Source of the DNA: Convolutriloba macropyga | Lineage: Eukaryota | NCBI RefSeq assembly: GCF_964194025.1 | Contig: NC_134479.1 | Location: 25,358,001 to 25,422,000 of the forward strand | Direction: 5' to 3' | Length of the DNA: 64,000 nucleotides | Part shown: piece by piece, positions 59,716-64,000 of the stretch | Numbering within the stretch: the stretch's first letter is position 1 | Layout of the letters: every line of letters begins with the position of its first letter | The notes under the pieces: model-generated | What the model was told of the DNA's origin: nothing | The model's database searches: none | Seen by the model: only the letters and a program-made list of their open reading frames with translations | Position numbers and translations under genes: made by a program

Positions 59716-62712
59716 TTGAGTATTGAAGTCTTCAATTTTTGATTTCGAATTTTAATTTTGTCTAACCAAAAAGTCTTGTGGTCTATTAAAGGACTGGTGG
59801 TCAATCTGTCTATTTTATATTTTAAGTTGTTTCATGGAAGGCCACTAGCGTCTATCGCGGCTATTTTCCGGCAATCTGCCGGCTATGTTTTAAATTAAGA
59901 TAGTCAATATTTGTGATTTTAAAAACCTTTAATTTTAAAAACTTTAATTTCAACCGGATATTTTTGCACCGTTTAAAAATGACGAGCAAGATTTGTCGCT
60001 GAGTGTACCAATTGATTTTAGATATATATGATAGATTTAATAATGAGATCACCGGCTACGCTTCCGACATTGTCGAAGAAACAAGCAAAATACAGCAGAG
60101 GAAGATTGCAGGCTCTTGCAATCAGTGGGTGCTTGGGGGTGTTAGCTTTTCCTATTTGCATTAATACGTTACAACGACTAGTTTGGAAGCCGTTGAGATT
60201 GACTAGTAATTTGAAAGCGGCCCCTTTGTTTGGTAATTTAATGTTTTCTCATACTTGAAAAACACTGCGAACTTTTTCAAGAAATCGAGTGATTTTCTGT
60301 TGGTCTGTAAGATGTTGCTTTTCGATGAAGCGTTTCGTAATTGCTCAAACCATAACTTTTGCAGTCGTGTCTTTGTTTTGACGAAATTATTTTTGACTGA
60401 CCATTTTGACTTTCCGGGCGACTCTTACGATCTTGACTTTTTGAATTTTGTGTGATCTAAATTGTTGAGTATTGAAGTCTTCAATTTTTGATTTCGAATA
60501 TTAATTTTGTCTAACCAAAAAGTCTTGTGGTCTATTAAAGGACTGGTGGTCAATCTGTCTATTTTATTTTTTAAGTTGTTTCATGGAAGGCCACTAGCGT
60601 CTATCGCGGCTATTTTCCGGCAATCTGCCGGCTATGTTTTAAATTAAGATAGTCAATATTTGTTATTTTAAAAACCTTTAATTTTAAAAACTTTAATTTC
60701 AACCGGATATTTTTGCACCGTTTAAAAATGACGAGCAAGATTTGTCGCTGAGTGTACCAATTGATTTTAGATATATATGATAGATTTAATATGGAGATCA
60801 CCGGCTACGCTTCCGACATTGTCGAAGAAACAAGCAAAATACAGCAGAGGAAGATTGCAGGCTCTTGCAATCAGTGGGTGCTTGGGGGTGTTAGCTTTTC
60901 CTATTTGCATTAATACGTTACAACGACTAGTTTGGAAGCCGTTGAGATTGACTAGTAATTTGAAAGCGGCCCCTTTGTTTGGTAAGTTAATGTTTTCTCA
61001 TACTTGAAAAACACTGCGAACTTTTTCAAGAAATCGAGTGATTTTCTGTTGGTCTGTAAGATGTTGCTTTTCGATGAAGCGTTTCGTAATTGCTCAAACC
61101 ATAACTTTTGCAGTCGTGTCTTTGTTTTGACGAAATTATTTTTGACTGACCATTTTGACTTTTCGGGCGACTCTTACGATCTTGACTTTTTGAATTTTGT
61201 GTGATCTAAATTGTTGAGTATTGAAGTCTTCAATTTTTGATTTCGATTATTAATTTTGTCTAACCAAAAAGTCTTGTGGTCTATTAAAGGACTGGTGGTC
61301 AATCTGTCTATTTTATTTTTTAAGTTGTTTCATGGAAGGCCACTAGCGTCTATCGCGGCTATTTTCCGGCAATCTGCCGGCTATGTTTTAAATTAAGATA
61401 GTCAATATTTGTGATTTTAAAAACCTTTAATTTTAAAAACTTTAATTTCAACCGGATATTTTTGCACCGTTTAAAAATGACGAGCAAGATTTGTCGCTGA
61501 GTGTACCAATTGATTTTAGATATATATGATAGATTTAATATGGAGATCACCGGCTACGCTTCCGACATTGTCGAAGAAACAAGCAAAATACAGCAGAGGA
61601 AGATTGCAGGCTCTTGCAATCAGTGGGTGCTTGGGGGTGTTAGCTTTTCCTATTTGCATTAATACGTTACAACGACTAGTTTGGAAGCCGTTGAGATTGA
61701 CTAGTAATTTGAAAGCGGCCCCTTTGTTTGGTAAGTTAATGTTTTCTCATACTTGAAAAACACTGCGAACTTTTTCAAGAAATCGAGTGATTTTCTGTTG
61801 GTCTGTAAGATGTTGCTTTTCGATGAAGCGTTTCGTAATTGCTCAAACCATAACTTTTGCAGTCGTGTCTTTGTTTTGACGAAATTATTTTCGACTGACC
61901 ATTTTGACTTTTCGGGCGACTCTTACGATCTTGACTTTTTGAATTTTGTGTGATCTAAATTGTTGAGTATTGAAGTCTTCAATTTTTGATTTCGAATATT
62001 AATTTTGTCTTACCAAAAAGTCTTGTGGTCTATTAAAGGACTGGTGGTCAATCTGTCTATTTTATTTTTAAGTTGTTTCATGGAAGGCCACTAGCGTCTA
62101 TCGCGGCTATTTTCCGGCAATCTGCCGGCTATGTTTTAAATTAAGATAGTCAATATTTGTGATTTTAAAAACCTTTAATTTTAAAAACTTTAATTTCAAC
62201 CGGATATTTTTGCACCGTTTAAAAATGACGAGCAAGATTTGTCGCTGAGTGTACCAATTGATTTTAGATATATATGATAGATTTAATATGGAGATCACCG
62301 GCTACGCTTCCGACATTGTCGAAGAAACAAGCAAAATACAGCAGAGGAAGATTGCAGGCTCTTGCAATCAGTGGGTGCTTGGGGGTGTTAGCTTTTCCTA
62401 TTTGCATTAATACGTTACAACGACTAGTTTGGAAGCCGTTGAGATTGACTAGTAATTTGAAAGCGGCCCCTTTGTTTGGTAAGTTAATGTTTTCTCATAC
62501 TTGAAAAACACTGCGAACTTTTTCAAGAAATCGAGTGATTTTCTGTTGGTCTGTAAGATGTTGCTTTTCGATGAAGCGTTTCGTAATTGCTCAAACCATA
62601 ACTTTTGCAGTCGTGTCTTTGTTTTGACGAAATTATTTTTGACTGACCATTTTGACTTTTCGGGCGACTCTTACGATCTTGACTTTTTGAATTTTGTGTG
62701 ATCTAAATTGTT
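59716..62712 (+). repeat. Young tandem array, four near-identical ~749-bp units
   Basis: TTGAGTATTGAAGTC at 59716, 60465, 61214 and 61963. Each unit contains the family B 3' end motif GCGGCTATTTTCCGGCAATCTGCCGG. Confidence 0.95.
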
Positions 62713-64000
62713 CTTTCACATTTTTGAACAGCTCAAAATTTGTTGGCCACAATTTACTACTAAAAGAAAAAATATAAGCTCTAGTAGCATTGTTTAAGGC
62801 ATTTAGTGAAACTATTGCCCCGCTATCGCTTTTACTACCGCGCCTTCTCCGGTTGAAGCAGGCACCAGTGAAATGGAGTCCTTATCGTTCGTTCGTGATC
62901 AAGTTTTCCGATATTAGTAGGTTATGATAATTATTTTGACGACTGTTTTGTAATGTATTTGTTCTTTTTGATCGTACTTTTTCTGGTTAGTTGGTTTCTA
63001 AGGCTAAATTATTTTTCAATTGCGGTAGAAGATTGTTCAATTGCGGCGTCAAGTACATGTACATTCAGATTGGCTTCAAGTGCATATACACTCCGTTGTT
63101 TAATCTCAACGAAATTTGATAATCAGTTAAAGGACGAGTTTTTCTCTCATTTTTTAGTCTATAACATTTAAATAAAAAATAGCTACTTAGTTAGTTTTAC
63201 TTGAAATTTCAAAATCAAACAATTTTATTCTTAACTTGGATCAACCTAAGGATTGGTTTTCTTCAATTAATCTTATTAAAATGTATGAACCCTGCTATTA
63301 GAACTGTCTATTTTCTGTCCATTAGAACTCTTTCGTGGCGTCAAGTCTTTGCTGATATTGTTTTTGTTCGAATTTGCTCTTCGACTTTCATGATCTAATT
63401 GAAACTGAATGTTTATTCCACTTGCGATTAAAAGTTTGTATAGTTGAACCGCTGATCTTGATTTACGATTTGATGCTAAAAGGAAGGTATGGGCACGCTG
63501 GTCAAAATTGATTGGCTTATTATCGATTTATATTGAAGCTTTTTTAGAGTGGTCTTTTGTGTGCTGTACAAAATTGAGAATTCTATTCAATGAGACATTG
63601 GCTATCTGTCTTAAAGATTTTTTTCCAATAAGATTTAGTAGTAGTAGTGCAGGATTTAGAGTACGACTCTTGAGTTTCCACCCAATTTACAGTTCAGATC
63701 AGTTTTCTTCTTTAGTATATTGCAGTTTCGACATCTTCAAATTACTCTCCATGTGCATTTGTTCTCTTCCACATAATGATTTGTGAAGAAATTCCAGTAT
63801 ATTTTCTGTAAAGTAATTTTGTTTAGGGTCTTTCCATAATCTCATGCGCAACTCTAGAAAACTTGTTGAAGAGCAATTTCGTTCTTCTAAAAAGCTATCG
63901 TTAGTTTTGTTAATTCTCGCTTTTGTGGTTCGATGTTCACCTCGTTCGGTCTGACGTGTTGTTTCTACTACTTCTTCAATATCGCTAATAACTACATCAT

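Noticed and set aside
59861-62701. Repeated 63-76 aa ORFs, or a CRISPR-like array
   Set aside because: By-products of a 749-bp tandem repeat. No unique spacers, and the context is eukaryotic.
62950-64000. Possible highly decayed LINE on the minus strand (similar impression at about 13260-14100)
   Set aside because: Only vague motif echoes and no continuous frame; not supportable without a profile search.

Overview
AT-rich, intron-containing eukaryotic DNA, most likely from an invertebrate animal (inference). Three host genes can be built on the + strand with consistent splice phases: an OATP/SLCO-type transporter (8986-11162, 2 exons), a 9-exon, 508-aa putative RNA-binding protein with RRM-like folds and an RGG/YGG tail (17008-50394), and a 4-exon PflX-type radical SAM protein (50837-58397) with a GC-AG intron. 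A 16.1-kb Gypsy/Ty3 LTR retroelement (28449-44597; 338-bp LTRs; CCCAT target-site duplication) sits in intron 5 of the RNA-binding gene. It has an upstream ORF, gag, -1 frameshifted pol and a class I fusion-type env. After env comes a 5.5-kb accessory region with an antisense, intronless JmjC-domain ORF (KDM2/KDM7-like motifs, Fe(II)/2-oxoglutarate ligands intact), two or three tRNA-like Pol III units and an array of small orphan ORFs. The best candidate for an undescribed system is this env-bearing element carrying a possible histone-demethylase-like anti-silencing module. Its outer termini (TATGA...TCATA) also differ from its inner LTR ends. This copy is decayed by stops, frameshifts and templated insertions. 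The rest of the window is LINE fragments, Helentron-like non-autonomous repeats, tandem arrays and a 2.5-kb tandem duplication. All domain calls are by motif recognition; no database search was run.
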